This document shows, one piece after another, positions 36,663 through 48,869 of a stretch of 64,000 nt of DNA. Numbering within the stretch: the stretch's first letter is position 1; each line of letters opens with the position of its first letter. This DNA comes from Octopus bimaculoides (taxonomy: Eukaryota), in the NCBI RefSeq assembly GCF_001194135.2, contig NC_068995.1:14974227-15038226 (forward strand), given 5' to 3'. The position numbers were made by a program, and so were the translations under genes. Under the pieces are notes generated by a model that saw only the letters and a list, made by a program, of their open reading frames with translations, made no database searches and was not told the DNA's origin.

Positions 36663-37285
36663 TCAATTAAATTAACCCTGTCCATCCTGGTGATGTTTGC
36701 TGAAATATTTAATGCAATTTTTAAATATCTTGTTTCACTTTGCCTTAATCTCATTAAAAAAAAAAGTCCATAAATTTTACAAGTTTCAATTTAAAACTCA
36801 ATTCATGTTTAACGTATTCAGATAACTTTGAAGTTCGAAAATCTTAACTATTTTTATGTTAACATCAAAAAGGAAACGGAGTAGGGATTTTCTTTTCACA
36901 ATTTTGATTTTTCATGTATAATAATAACTTGTGGTTATCAAGACATCCAGGGATGGCACTTGAAGCACTCGATCTTCAGTTATGCGAATTGCTATTAGAT
37001 CTTACTATATTATCGTACAAAAAGTAACCTATAGTTTATTTCTTCAGTTGAAGTTACGTAACGCGAAAAACGGCCGACGTTCCACTCTCAGGACAAAACC
37101 ATGTGCTGAGGCCTTCAGTATTATTGTTATCAACACTAACCTCATTCAAAACGATAGGAACCACAGAAACATTGTTGGAAAGTATGGTGTTTTTATAAAA
37201 TAAATGATAAAACGGTAATTAGATCACTTTAAGTTCCAGTAATTGCATGACTTATAAGGTATCTACATCACGTTCAGAATCTTTG

Positions 37286-37580
37286 TCTTTTATCATTTGC
37301 TTATTTCAGTCTTTGGTGCTGGGGCACCACCTTGACGGGTTTTAGTCGAACAAATCGACCCCAAATCTTGTTACGTTTAAGTCTTATTTATTTATTCGTC
37401 TCTCTTGCTCTACCGAAACCAACACCTGTCAAGTTGTAGGGGACAAGCCTGAATACAGACATCCACATGCACATATACACGACCAGCTTTTAGTTTCTGT
37501 CTTCCAAATCCACTCGCAAGGCTTTGGGTCGGCCCGTGGCTATAATAGAAGACACTTGCCGAAGGTGTCACGCATTGAGA
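37286..37580 (-). mobile_element. SINE family A downstream of GMPS
   Basis: Reverse complement of family A (ttagtcgaacaaatcgacccc ... atagaagacacttgccgaaggtg). Confidence 0.8.
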
Positions 37581-39078
37581 CAAATGTTCTAAGGTGTTCT
37601 GTTTTGTGCCTGTAGAATATAATCTGGAACGGTGATTAACTCAGTCTGATCAATCCTAATTGTTACTTAGTTGAAATAATGGTTTATTTGTAATTTGAGG
37701 ACGGATGTAGCATACGTCGTTTCTCTGTGGTACTTCTGTTTTTGTAACAGAGGTCGTTGTTTACGTAACGTATTCCACCACTTGATGTATCATTTATTGA
37801 TAGAAAACCACCGCATACATCGATATAAACATTAAGCCCCTAGATCTATGGGAGCCCCGAGCAGCTGTCCGTGTACCCATTCCTTAAGAAAGTATTGGAA
37901 CATAATCATATACAAGTTGTCAGTTCCATATGTAATGTACAAGTATTCTCAATTTAAAAGCTTTTATTTATTTATTTATTTGGAAAGAATTCTGGGTTTA
38001 GGTACCCCGTTTAACCCCGCATACCGATTTTATTTTTTTGAATTTTCAGAAACTTTTTACGAATTTTTTCTATACCCGGGAATTCATATGATTATTCGAA
38101 AAAAAAAAAATTGTATGTGCGATTTAAGGGCGACTTAGCTGTTATTTTTAGCACATCTCACGTTCACCTGATACCTTCGTTTCTTTGTCACTGACAACTA
38201 TTGATGTTTTTCAATATTTTTCTCCTCATTAACACATTTAATGGAATGATGAAGTACCCAACGGTGGTCCATTGTTGGGGTTTAATCAAAAGATTCGGAC
38301 TGTCCGTATTTTAAACTGACTTTTTAAAAATTCGAAAAAGTGTGAAACTTTTAGGTGGTTTAAAAAATTACAAAAAATTATTTTTTTGACCAACTGAACA
38401 GCCTTTCAGCTGGTCAGCTCCTGTCAAACTGTTCAACCCATGCCAGCTTGGAAAACGGACGGATGTTAAATGACGTTGATAATGATATGTAATTGGGTAA
38501 ATTCCTTTGTGTAGATCACAAATTCGCAAACACTTTCTGAAAATTCCCAAAAGTAGAAAAGTTATGCTTAAACCAAAACTCTGACTTTTTTTTATGGGCA
38601 GAATTTTTACAATTAGAGATCCCTCTCTTCATCAGTTATATATATATAATTTAATTAAAAGTTTGATAAATACCAATACATGAAATTGTTGATCCTTGAG
38701 TCACTTTGAATTCTATTTTCCTGTTATTATAGTCCTCATTTGCCAGACAACCAAAATCATCACAAGGAAAGAAAATCATGGTGATTTTGCCTTGTTTATA
38801 GAAAACTATTTTACATATGGAGTCCCTTGATATTGTTTAGAATAAGGGCTTCAATAATGAACTGCTGTTCAAGACATTTTGTTCTCCCTGTATTCTTGGT
38901 CAGCCAGGAAATTTCTCCAGATTTTACTAAAACGAAATTAGTTACCAGTTTTCTGGAATAAAAGTTAAATTACTAACTAGTATGTTGAAAATAAATAGTG
39001 GAAGTGCATGGGTTAGGGTGTTGGATTCATGATCGTAAGATTGTGGTTTCAATTCCTGGACCAGGCTTTGATTAATAT

Positions 39079-39210
39079 ATACAGGGTGTCTACAAAGTCT
39101 GGCTACATGGAGTAAATAAAATCATAACATAAACAATTAAATATAAGAAATAATAATTTCTTAAAGTATGTGTTAATCCACATGTACCCAAACTTTGTGG
39201 ACACCTTGTA
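39079..39210. mobile_element. Tc1/mariner-type MITE (about 130 bp)
   Basis: TA|cagggtgtctacaaagtctgg ... caaactttgtggacaccttg|TA terminal inverted repeats. Confidence 0.85.
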
Positions 39211-40853
39211 TAGTATCAAAAGCTATTTTTCTGACCGTGCCCACATTTAGATTTGATGTTGCATTCTTGAGCAAAATTCTTCATTTCATTTACCTCCAGT
39301 TCACTCAGTTGGTAAAAATGAGTAAATGAGTAATCCTGGGATGGACCAGTGTCCTATCCAACGAGGAATATTATACACCCAAGAAATCGAGAAACCAGCT
39401 CCTTACACTGTAATGTGAATTGACCATGTTAAAATAATAATTTTAGTTTATGCAAACTTCTAATTTTATTTTTTTTTTTTTTTTTTTTGGCAATCAAATT
39501 TATCTGAGGCATTAATCTTAAATGTTACAGTATGTATTCTGTGGCATTTGGCTGCTATTTCTAGCAGTTAAAGCGGCCACAGAGCTCCACATTAACTCAT
39601 GGTGATATATTACTTTCAATTAATCGATTTTGTTTCACTTTGTAACAATCATCTTCTATCGACTTTATAATTGAAAGAAATTATAACAATTTATCATATA
39701 TTGATTGGTTACTAGTTTTTGCCAAGATTGAGCACCTTTTAATAATGATTTTATAAATATTGAAGTCCATAATCATTAGTCCTACAAAATATATTTTGTT
39801 AGACTAACAATTATGGATTAAACGTTTAGTTCACTCTCTAACTTATCTTTGAGTTCTTTATTCTAAGTGGCTGGAATAGCTTCTTTTGAACTTGTTACCC
39901 CCTGGAATATATATATATATATATATATATAATGTGTGTATGTCTAAAATTGGCTGTAATGGATCTCTAATACTCTATACTTTGATTAATATGTATAATA
40001 TCAAAAGCTATTTTTCTGACCCTATGCCCACATTTAGATTTGATGTTACAAATGTATTCTAAGAAACACTCAAAATTGTCTAAAACAAATTTTAGTTTCT
40101 TTTAATTTTTCTTTTCATATTTAAATTCTGTATGGAAATCAAAAGAAAGAAAGAAAGACATGTTTGCTCCTACAAAACGCAAGTGAACAGAGGTGTGACT
40201 AATATTTAAAGCATTTTCTGTTATGTTATTTAAATTTTAAAGTTTTGGTGTTGGATGCAAAATATCTTATTTTTCTAAATTAAAAGAAATATTAATTACT
40301 GAATGAAAAATTTTGAAAAGAACTTGTTAACATTTATAAAAAAAAAAACTCTGCAATTAAATATATATGCATTTGTATGTGTTTTCCTGGTGAGAATGGC
40401 ATGCATTGTCTTATAAATGAATTTAGCTGAACTTGTCATGTATGGCAAGTATATTGTGGATGTGTGTGTATATATATAAATATGCATGCCACTAATTCAA
40501 TAGTTGAGTGCAGAGCAACAGTGATTAGATGCATTCCCTTTTTGCTCCATGTGCAGATAAAATGGGCGTATGTATGTATGTATATATATATATATATATA
40601 TATTAAACAAGCTGTATTTTTTACAAAATATCCAGTCAAAATTTTTTCATAAATATATAAAATATATCTTCACATTTATGAATTACTAGAGTATGTTTTT
40701 AGTTTTCAGGATTATTAATGTATAGCCCCAGGTCAACCCTGATGAAACTGGTCTACGGTCAATCTTTTTGTACACCAAGGATCACATTGTCCAATATATC
40801 TTTTATAAAAGACAGTAAGATACAGTTGATATTTCCTTGTGTACTACAGTAGG

Positions 40854-41312
40854 AGGAGGCACAATGGCCCAGTGGTTAGGGCAGCGGACTCGCGGTCATA
40901 GGATCGCGGTTTCGATTCCCAGACCAGGCGTTGTGGGTGTTTATTGAGCGAAAACACCTAAAGCTCCATGAGGCTCCGGCAGGGGATGGTGGCGNNNNNN
41001 NNNNTGTTTATTGAGCGAAAACACCTAAAGCTCCATGAGGCTCCGGCAGGGGATGGTGGCGAACCCTGCTGTACTCTTCCACCACAACTTTCTCTCTCTC
41101 TTTCCTCCTGTTTCTGTTGTGCCTGTAATTCAAAGGGTCAGCCTTGGCAAAATGTGTCACGCTGAATATCCCCGAGAACTACATTAAGGGTACACGTGTC
41201 TGTGGTGTGCTCAGCCACTTGCACGTTAATTTCACAAGCAGGCTGTTCCGTTGATTGGATCAACTGGAACCCTCAACGTCGTAAGCGACGGAGTGCCAAC
41301 AACAACAACAAC
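40854..41312 (+). mobile_element. tRNA-derived SINE family D, full length, (AAC)n tail
   Basis: Head ggcacaatggcccagtggttagggc...ggtttcgattccc with A/B boxes, tail cgtcgtaagcgacggagtgccaacaacaac; TSD actacagtagg/actgcagtagg. Confidence 0.9.
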
Positions 41313-43555
41313 TGCAGTAGGTGAAATCAGGCAATGCATTAAGCATTAAGGCAACCACTGGTGTTTACCATAATTTAATTTCAGTAGTGGATCAGGTAGT
41401 AAGAAACTGTAGGGAGAGCTGAACAGAAGAAGCAAATATTTCATCCCTTAACACTTTATGCTCTAAAGGAGCCACACATCATTGATGTTATGACTCCAGG
41501 ATACCCCCTCTTTTGCCACATTCTGTGTTCTCTGTCTACATTGCAACCCTCCTCGATAGTTATGGTGTTTTAGAGCTAAGGTATGCTGAGTCTTGGATAT
41601 TCAGTATAAAATGCCACTTGATCATTGGGTAAATAATGCCTTCTGAAACTCACTTCAGTTCCTCTTTGACCAGATCCAGTTGGAATTTTCCTCAGCTGCT
41701 TGTACCTTTGCCTTAAGAACTCTGCTTCTCTTGCTTCCAGACATTGAGCCATTTCACAAGACCCTAGGCAGATTTGCCCACAGACCTTTTCACACCCACC
41801 TCTGTGTGATAGTGCTGTATGCCATAGGTATCTGTCTGGCTTGACCATTGCCATCTTCCTTTATGCTGTAGGATCTCAGTATATCTTACTCATCTCATCA
41901 CAGTATCGACCAGACTATTGGATATTGTTATACATCTCTGAACACAATGCACTTTTGAATGATGCCAGCCAACCGGCTAGACATGCGGGCCAACATTTGT
42001 CCTGCTCGGAAGGTTCTTCCTCTTCTGTCACAAGATTGCCCTTTAACAGGTGAGTAGACTGGAACAACATGAAATGAAGTGTTTTGCTCAAGAACATAAT
42101 GCACTACCTGGTCTGAGAATTGAATCCATGAGCTAATGATCATGAGTGCAGTACCTGAACCATTAGGTCACACGCCATCTCATAGGACTTCAGAAGAGAC
42201 TGATCTGATTTTGATTGCCATATACATTAGGGTTTCAAATTTCAAGTGTGGTCAGTCTAATGACTGACCACACTTGAAACTTTAACTACCATATCCATTA
42301 GGAGTTTCACTATAGCCTGAATACTGACACTAGCAACCCTTACTGTAATTTAGACCACAGTAAAGTTGTTCTATACCTTAGCACTCGTTTCATCAGTACC
42401 TGGCACTTCACATTTTACCATATTATAGTAGATTCTCAATGTATCCCTGGCTACTGTGAGGTTGTCAAGATGGTTTCAAGTTCTGTATTGACCAGTTCTT
42501 TTAGTCTCGGGGTGTGATAATTCTTTCTAATTTTGACACAAGGATTGCAATTTTGGGGAGTAGCGTGGGGCTGAGTCTATTACATTGCTGCCCTCCATGG
42601 TCAAGTGGCATTTATTTTATTGATCTCAGAAAGATGTAAGATAAAGTTGGCCTTGTATGGATTTCAGCTAAGAATGTAAAAAGCCAGAAGAAAGGCCACA
42701 TTTTCTCTGGTGTAATAATGGTAGAATTATTTCTTAATCTTCAGAAGTACACCAAAGTCTATGTTTGTCAGTGAGAGTCAAGAAAGAAAGTCTCTTTATG
42801 ATCGTTTGACCTGCTAGAAATAGTAGCCTAATGACACTGTGTAATGTAGTCCTAGACATGATCTTAAAACAAGATGGTCACAATTGGAAAGCCTTTAATC
42901 AGATCTATTCAATCAAGGTTTGCCTGGTGCTAAATATTTGTATTCCACTGCAAAATTTTTTTTTTTATTGTGCAAGTTTATTTTAACATTTTACTCTCCC
43001 TGCAAAATGATGGGAGGGGGAATGTTCATAACGCAGATTTTTTCTGTGAAACTTTAAAAAAAATTTTAAACTAATGTTAATACTGAGATTATACTGAAAT
43101 ATAAGTTTATTTTCAATTGGGATTTTAACTTAAAAATAATAAACATTAATGTCATAACCTCCATATAATGATGACCTGGCCAAGTAAATTTAGAAAAGAA
43201 GACGGAATTATGCAGTTGATGGATGGGTGTGAGGCAAATGAATGGGGAACAGTTGTAGAAGTTGGGCATAGGGGAGTTTTGGATGTGGTTGGACATGAAA
43301 TAGATTTGTTTGGTGTTGGGTCTGATTATGTCATATTGTACTGAAATTGACAAGTAGCCCTGGAAGTATTGAGTTGGGCCTCCCAGTGTAATACCAGTTC
43401 ACCCAAACTCTGAGGTGCTGTTGATGATCCTCAGTATTGGCAGAGGGAGACTTTGCTGGGTTTTATTATTATTATCATTATCATAACATAATTGTTAATT
43501 AATAACGACAGAAGCAATATTAATATCAGAAGGTCATCTTTGTCTTCAACTTAAT

Positions 43556-43833
43556 GTACAGGGTGTCCACAAAGTCTGGGTACATGGGGATTAACACATC
43601 ATCATCATCATCATCATCATCATCGTTTAACGTCCGCTTTCCATGCTAGCATGGGTTGGACAATTTGACTGGTGAAACCGGATGGCAACACCAGGCTCCA
43701 ATCTGATTTGGCAGAGTTTCTACAGCTGGATGCCCTTCCTAACGCCAACCACTCATTATTATTTCTTCTATTTAATTGTTTATGTTATAATTTTTATTTA
43801 CTCCATGTACCCAGACTTTGTGGACACCCTGTA
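43556..43833. mobile_element. Same mariner-type MITE, opposite orientation, with nested SINE C fragment (about 43598-43755)
   Basis: tacagggtgtccacaaagtctggg ... cccagactttgtggacaccctgta TIRs; interior split by catcatc...aacgccaaccac. Confidence 0.85.
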
Positions 43834-45409
43834 GAATACTGCATTATTTACCTGGAGAGGATCTCTCATAACAACTCATGGTTCATAAAAGCACACATAA
43901 TTATATCATTGACAGATGAAAATTGTTTACTACAGCCACTGGGACTGCCAGATCATGTGATTTCATCCTACTATGAGTTCTTCAGTGACAAATGTCCAGC
44001 AGTATTCTTGATCTCTAATTTTATATGGAATACTGTGTTTTTATCTTAAGAGAATCTGTCATAAAGACTCGTAGTACATAAAAACACATGTAATTATATT
44101 GTTGACAGATGAGAATCAACTGTTAAGGCTGCCAGATCACATTATTTCACCCACTCATCATTGATAAAAGGAATACTCAGTCACAGGTCCTGAATTTCAA
44201 ATTATTCTTGATCAGCTCAGAAAATGTGGTCCTTGTCTTTGGATAGTTAGATTCCATTATATTGTCCATCAAGTTTGGAGATAACAACTAGGAAACTACT
44301 AATTTTTCTATTATTAAAGACAGCAATCTGGCATAGTTGTTAGTATACTTGCTGGCATTTCTTCCAACTTTACGTTGTGAGTTCATATAACATTGTCTTT
44401 TGGGGGTTGATGAAATAAATACCAGTTGAGCTCTGGGCTCAACAAGGCAGCAAGATGGCAAAAACAGCACACTATACAAAATGCTATGCGGCATATAGTC
44501 TGTTTTTGCCTTCTGAGTTTAAATTCCACTGAGGTCAACTTTGCTTTTCATCTTTCAGGGCCAATAAAATAGGTTCCAGTTGAGCACTGGTGTCAGTCTA
44601 ATTGACTTAGACACCCTATCCTCGAAATTGCTGGCCTTGTGCCAAAATTTGAAACCAGTTATTATGTCTATATCTTCTGAGTTGGAATCCCACCAGGGTT
44701 AACTTTTCCATTTGTCCTGGTGTTAATGAAGTATATTCCAATCAAATACAGAGAAGGTGTTGGCAATTGATATAATCAAAATTGTCTTTATTAGCATTGT
44801 TCCATAAACTGACTGTCTTTGGAGTTGCATGTTTCACATTCCTGACTCTAGCTGTAGTTATATCTCTCTTGAAGGCTAACCACAGTTAAAGATTGGCTTT
44901 GTGCTGTACTGAATATCAAGACACCACAGCATATGAAGGATGTTAACCAGCTTGGTTTTCCATCACACCCATGTCATGTTTCCTTCCCTTTCTGTTATCC
45001 ATTATATGATGAAATACACTGCCTCTGTTTCAGTTAATTTTGAAAACAATGAAGAATTTATTTAAAATAACTTTATCATTAAGCTGGTCATGGCTGTTCG
45101 GTAATGACTGAAAGAATAAGATTGCAAATACAAGTGGCCAAAATAGGATTCCTTCAAAGGGTCTCTGGAGTAACATTGCTTGTCTGGGTTAAGCCAATGA
45201 GCTGGCAGAAATGTTAGCATGCTGAGCAAAATGCTTAGTGATATTTTGTATGTCTTTACATTTTAAGTTAAGTTCCATCGAGGTTGACTTTGCATTTCAT
45301 CCTTTTTGGGGGGTCAATGAAATAAGTACCAGTTGAGCACTGGGGTCAATGTAATCAACTTCTCTCCTACCACAAACTTTGAAAATTTGAAGTCATTACT
45401 TGACTGGGT

Positions 45410-45720
45410 ACACAGCTCAGAGACCAGAGCATCTTTCCAGCTTGAGCCTCTGTTTCTCTGCATTGGGAGGTCAAATCTCTGATACTACAGACATGATGAG
45501 AATGTCGCAGGAAAGACTTACAAAATGGATTCTTCCCAAGTTGAGCCAACTGGCAGGAGACCAAGAGTGAGATGTTCAGATACTACCCTTAATCTCGGTT
45601 GGCCATGCTTGGGAATCCAGCCAGAAAGTCTAATGATGGGTGCTTCTGACTGGACTCTACCCACCCTCAGAAACAGTGGGCAGACAAGGTGGATGGATTA
45701 AGCTGGTGTCTGAAGTATAA
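45410..45720 (+). pseudogene. RTE (Expander-like) LINE 3' fragment
   Basis: LCIGRSNL*YYRH / MRMSQERL / EPTGRRPR...NLGWPCLGIQPE parallels LRIERSQLRWFGH..RM...RL...PTGRRPRGR...LAW..LGI.PE. Confidence 0.65.
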
Positions 45721-47015
45721 ATTAATATGAAATTTTGATGGTAGATTTTAATTGAGACCACTTTAAAATGAATTTATATCATAAAACTAGGGTGGTTTCA
45801 GGCAAGTTGGTGTCAAAGGAGTTGAATCACTGAATTCTGTAGCCTAAATCTGTTTCAAGATTAAGCACAATGTCCTTAATTAGACTCCATTTTCCTCAGC
45901 TCTCTGTTACCAGTGAAATTCCATGACTGATGTTGGCTTCTATCTCTATGTAAATTCTTCAATTCTATAAATATCATTTAGTTGTTTTATTCATCCAATT
46001 TACCTTAATCAAGTTTGATCATGTAAATAATTAGCCCCCATCTCAGGTATGAAAAATAAATATCAGAATATTTTTTCTATTTGTANNNNNNNNNNNNNNN
46101 NNNNNNNNNNNNNNNNNNNNNNNNNNNNNNNNNATATATATATATATATATATATATAGCATGATTTTAAAATTGCATTGCCAGATTGATAGTCTCACCA
46201 TAAAATATAACTTTACTGATGCATGTTGCTATATATAAGTATATTTCTTTCAACACACGTATCCACATCAAGAATCTTGCACACGAAATACACATACGAA
46301 ATATATATAAATATATTATGTATGTATACCTGGATATGTATATAGATAGATGTGTGCTAATGTATACCAACTATTATATCTTTATAAAGAATTATTCTGA
46401 AAGTAAATATAATAATACTTACTATTTTGCAAGAATGTATTGCAAATGGTACTGTTTTTGTAGAAATCTTAGTTCTTTTATGTACATGTATATAAATAAT
46501 GTGTGTATGATATATACACAATATATGTATGCAGTCGCCATATTTTTTTCTATACCTGCCATCTCTGAAGAGTAAGTGGTGTTATTTAACTAAACTGTTA
46601 TCTAATCAGTTATTTTATACTCAGTGCAAAAATTTGATTGGTAAGATTGACTGAAATGCATCTATAATACTGTGTACTTTGATTGATATAATGTATGTAT
46701 ATATACATGTATACCTAATAATGGACATTCAGATAAACTTATCGGTTTCTAATTAAGATCATCACCCATTACATTATTAAAAGTACCAAGAGTAGTGGTT
46801 TGGCAGAATCAGTAGGGAGTTAGACAAATTGCCTATTAGTATTTGTTATGGTGCTTCATATTCTGAGTTCAAATCCTGTTGATGTCAATTTTAGCTTTCA
46901 TCATTCCAAGGTTTATAAAGTACCACTCAACTATGGAGGTCAATTTAATTGACCAAATCTCTCCCCCAAACTCCTGACTCTCTGCCAATAATACCAATTT
47001 AGCATTTAGGCACCC

Positions 47016-47431
47016 TAACAATTTTGTGCATGACAGTTCAGCGCTGACAATTCCACGCATAACAATTCAGCACATCTTTTCCATTTCAAAGTTTTCTAAA
47101 CGATAGCAAAATTCATTTAATAAAATGTGCTCATGCTCTTTTTGATAAAATCCGCTCCATAGGATTTGTTTTTTTATTTTTAAATTAGTAAACATTTGTA
47201 ACCAACTGGAATCTTACCGTCCTAGGTTTGCAAAATAACTAATGAATTGGTATATTCGTATAAATAGAAAAACATGCTACCACTTCTTCAATGGTTGTTA
47301 GTGATAACAATCTAAAACATTACCAATTATTCACAAAGTTGTAAAGTTTAGAAATTTCGGAAACAAAATAAATGAAATTAAATTTCATTTACACATAAGC
47401 ACATGCTGAACTGTCATGTACAGAATTGTCA
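47016..47431. mobile_element. Non-autonomous DNA element with 27-bp TIRs
   Basis: taacaattttgtgcatgacagttcagc (47016-47042) versus gctgaactgtcatgtacagaattgtca (47405-47431), 24/27 match. Confidence 0.65.
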
Positions 47432-47653
47432 ATTTACAAGCGTTTAGTTTACTCTGCCAAATGTAATGCTTATTTATTCTTATTGTTGTGAATTGATCCT
47501 GTATTGCCTCATATCTTTGAGATTTCGAAGATGTGACTTTATTTTTAGGAATACCATTGTAGGATAGGTGTAAGACAGGATCTGGCTGGTTTCAGCACAA
47601 AACAGGTAGAATATTTCGGCCTGATAAGGTCAGTTTAAATGCTGAAGAGTTAA
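47429..47653 (-). mobile_element. piggyBac-type MITE, reverse copy
   Basis: Ends in aaatgctgaagagttaa; interior is the reverse complement of 29894-30120. Confidence 0.75.
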
Positions 47654-48812
47654 CATAGGACTAGAACAAGCCTACTGACTGAATTCAAAGGACATGTTTA
47701 TTGCAATAAACATGAAGTTTGATGGCTACCCAGCATGCAATGGATATATAACTTGAATCAAGTCTATAGACTTACACAACAGCAATACTAATTACACTGT
47801 GCCTCTGAAATTAGTAAAGTGTTCACCCGGCAAGGGTCAGGTATGTGTCTCAAGCCTCATCAGTCAGTAGACTTGTTCTTTCTTGCTTTTTTTTCTTCTT
47901 CATCCTATCAAAATTTGATGCTTATAATATCCAATATCACTTACCAAAATCCAAGCATTTATGAATATGTGTGTGCAGTAAAAGAAAAGGAAAAAAAGAA
48001 AGCTAACAATACTGGAAGTTTTACAAAAACCTTTATATTTCAGGCACAAAGGCCCTAACTTTAGGACGAAGCAGTCCAAGAAATGTCTAGTTACATCGAA
48101 TTTGTTATATTATTTAAACTTCTTGGTGTCAGGGTTAGCAACAGTTGCAGCAACTCTCCAACTGTTGGAATTTTGTGTAACTAGACATTTCTTGGACTGC
48201 TTTCTTCTGGAGATGGGCCTTTACACCTGAAATATAATGGTTTTTCCAAAACTTTCTGTATTGTTAGAAGCTTTCTATTTTTTCCTTTTTTTTTTTCTAC
48301 TTCTGCACTATAATGCTTTAAACAAGCTACAACAGACCGAAACTTCAAAGTCACTGTTACCCCCTCTCATAAAAGTTTAATAGATTCTCTATTGAGGAAT
48401 TCTTCAGTTTAATGTAAATTGTTTTATAAAAACTATCTATCTATATACACACAGGGACATACATACATTGTGTTATACAATTGTATTTACATCATTAAAT
48501 ATTTGGTTGCAGAATATTTTTTGCAAATTGTTTTATAACAGTTGACTCTAAGACTATTTGCATTAGTTTGATTGTAAGGGAAGCTAAAAGCCAACACCAG
48601 TCTCTCAAAGAAAACCGCTTTGAGTGACAAGACTACATAAGTGTGATGATAATCAGTGTAAATTTTTTTTTTTTATCTGTGAATTGTTTTTGGTTTGTTT
48701 TTATTGACCTGATCTCTGATCTTGTAGATTATTGTGGAGATTGTATGTATATACATTATATAATATATATATATATATATATACATTATATAATATATAT
48801 ATATATATACAT

Positions 48813-48869
<57 letters not shown>

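Noticed and set aside
36751-36765. Retrocopy poly(A) tail of GMPS
   Set aside because: Only 10 A, overlapping ATTAAA, with no matching upstream TSD; such runs are common here.
40854-40930. tRNA gene
   Set aside because: A/B boxes present but no closed acceptor stem, and it continues into a SINE body with tail and TSD. The same holds for family A, B and E heads.
40938-41061. 57-bp direct repeat inside SINE D
   Set aside because: Identical copies on either side of a 10-N gap; assembly artefact.
41430-42020. Possible LINE ORF2 remnant or 92-aa ORF
   Set aside because: No diagnostic motif recovered in any frame; left unassigned.
47770-47840. Plus-strand exon ending at cag|GTATGT
   Set aside because: Good donor but poor acceptor and an unrecognisable peptide; no partner exons supported.
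48640-48722. C/D box snoRNA (tgatga...ctga)
   Set aside because: Interior is T-runs resembling a polypyrimidine tract; no convincing terminal stem or guide.
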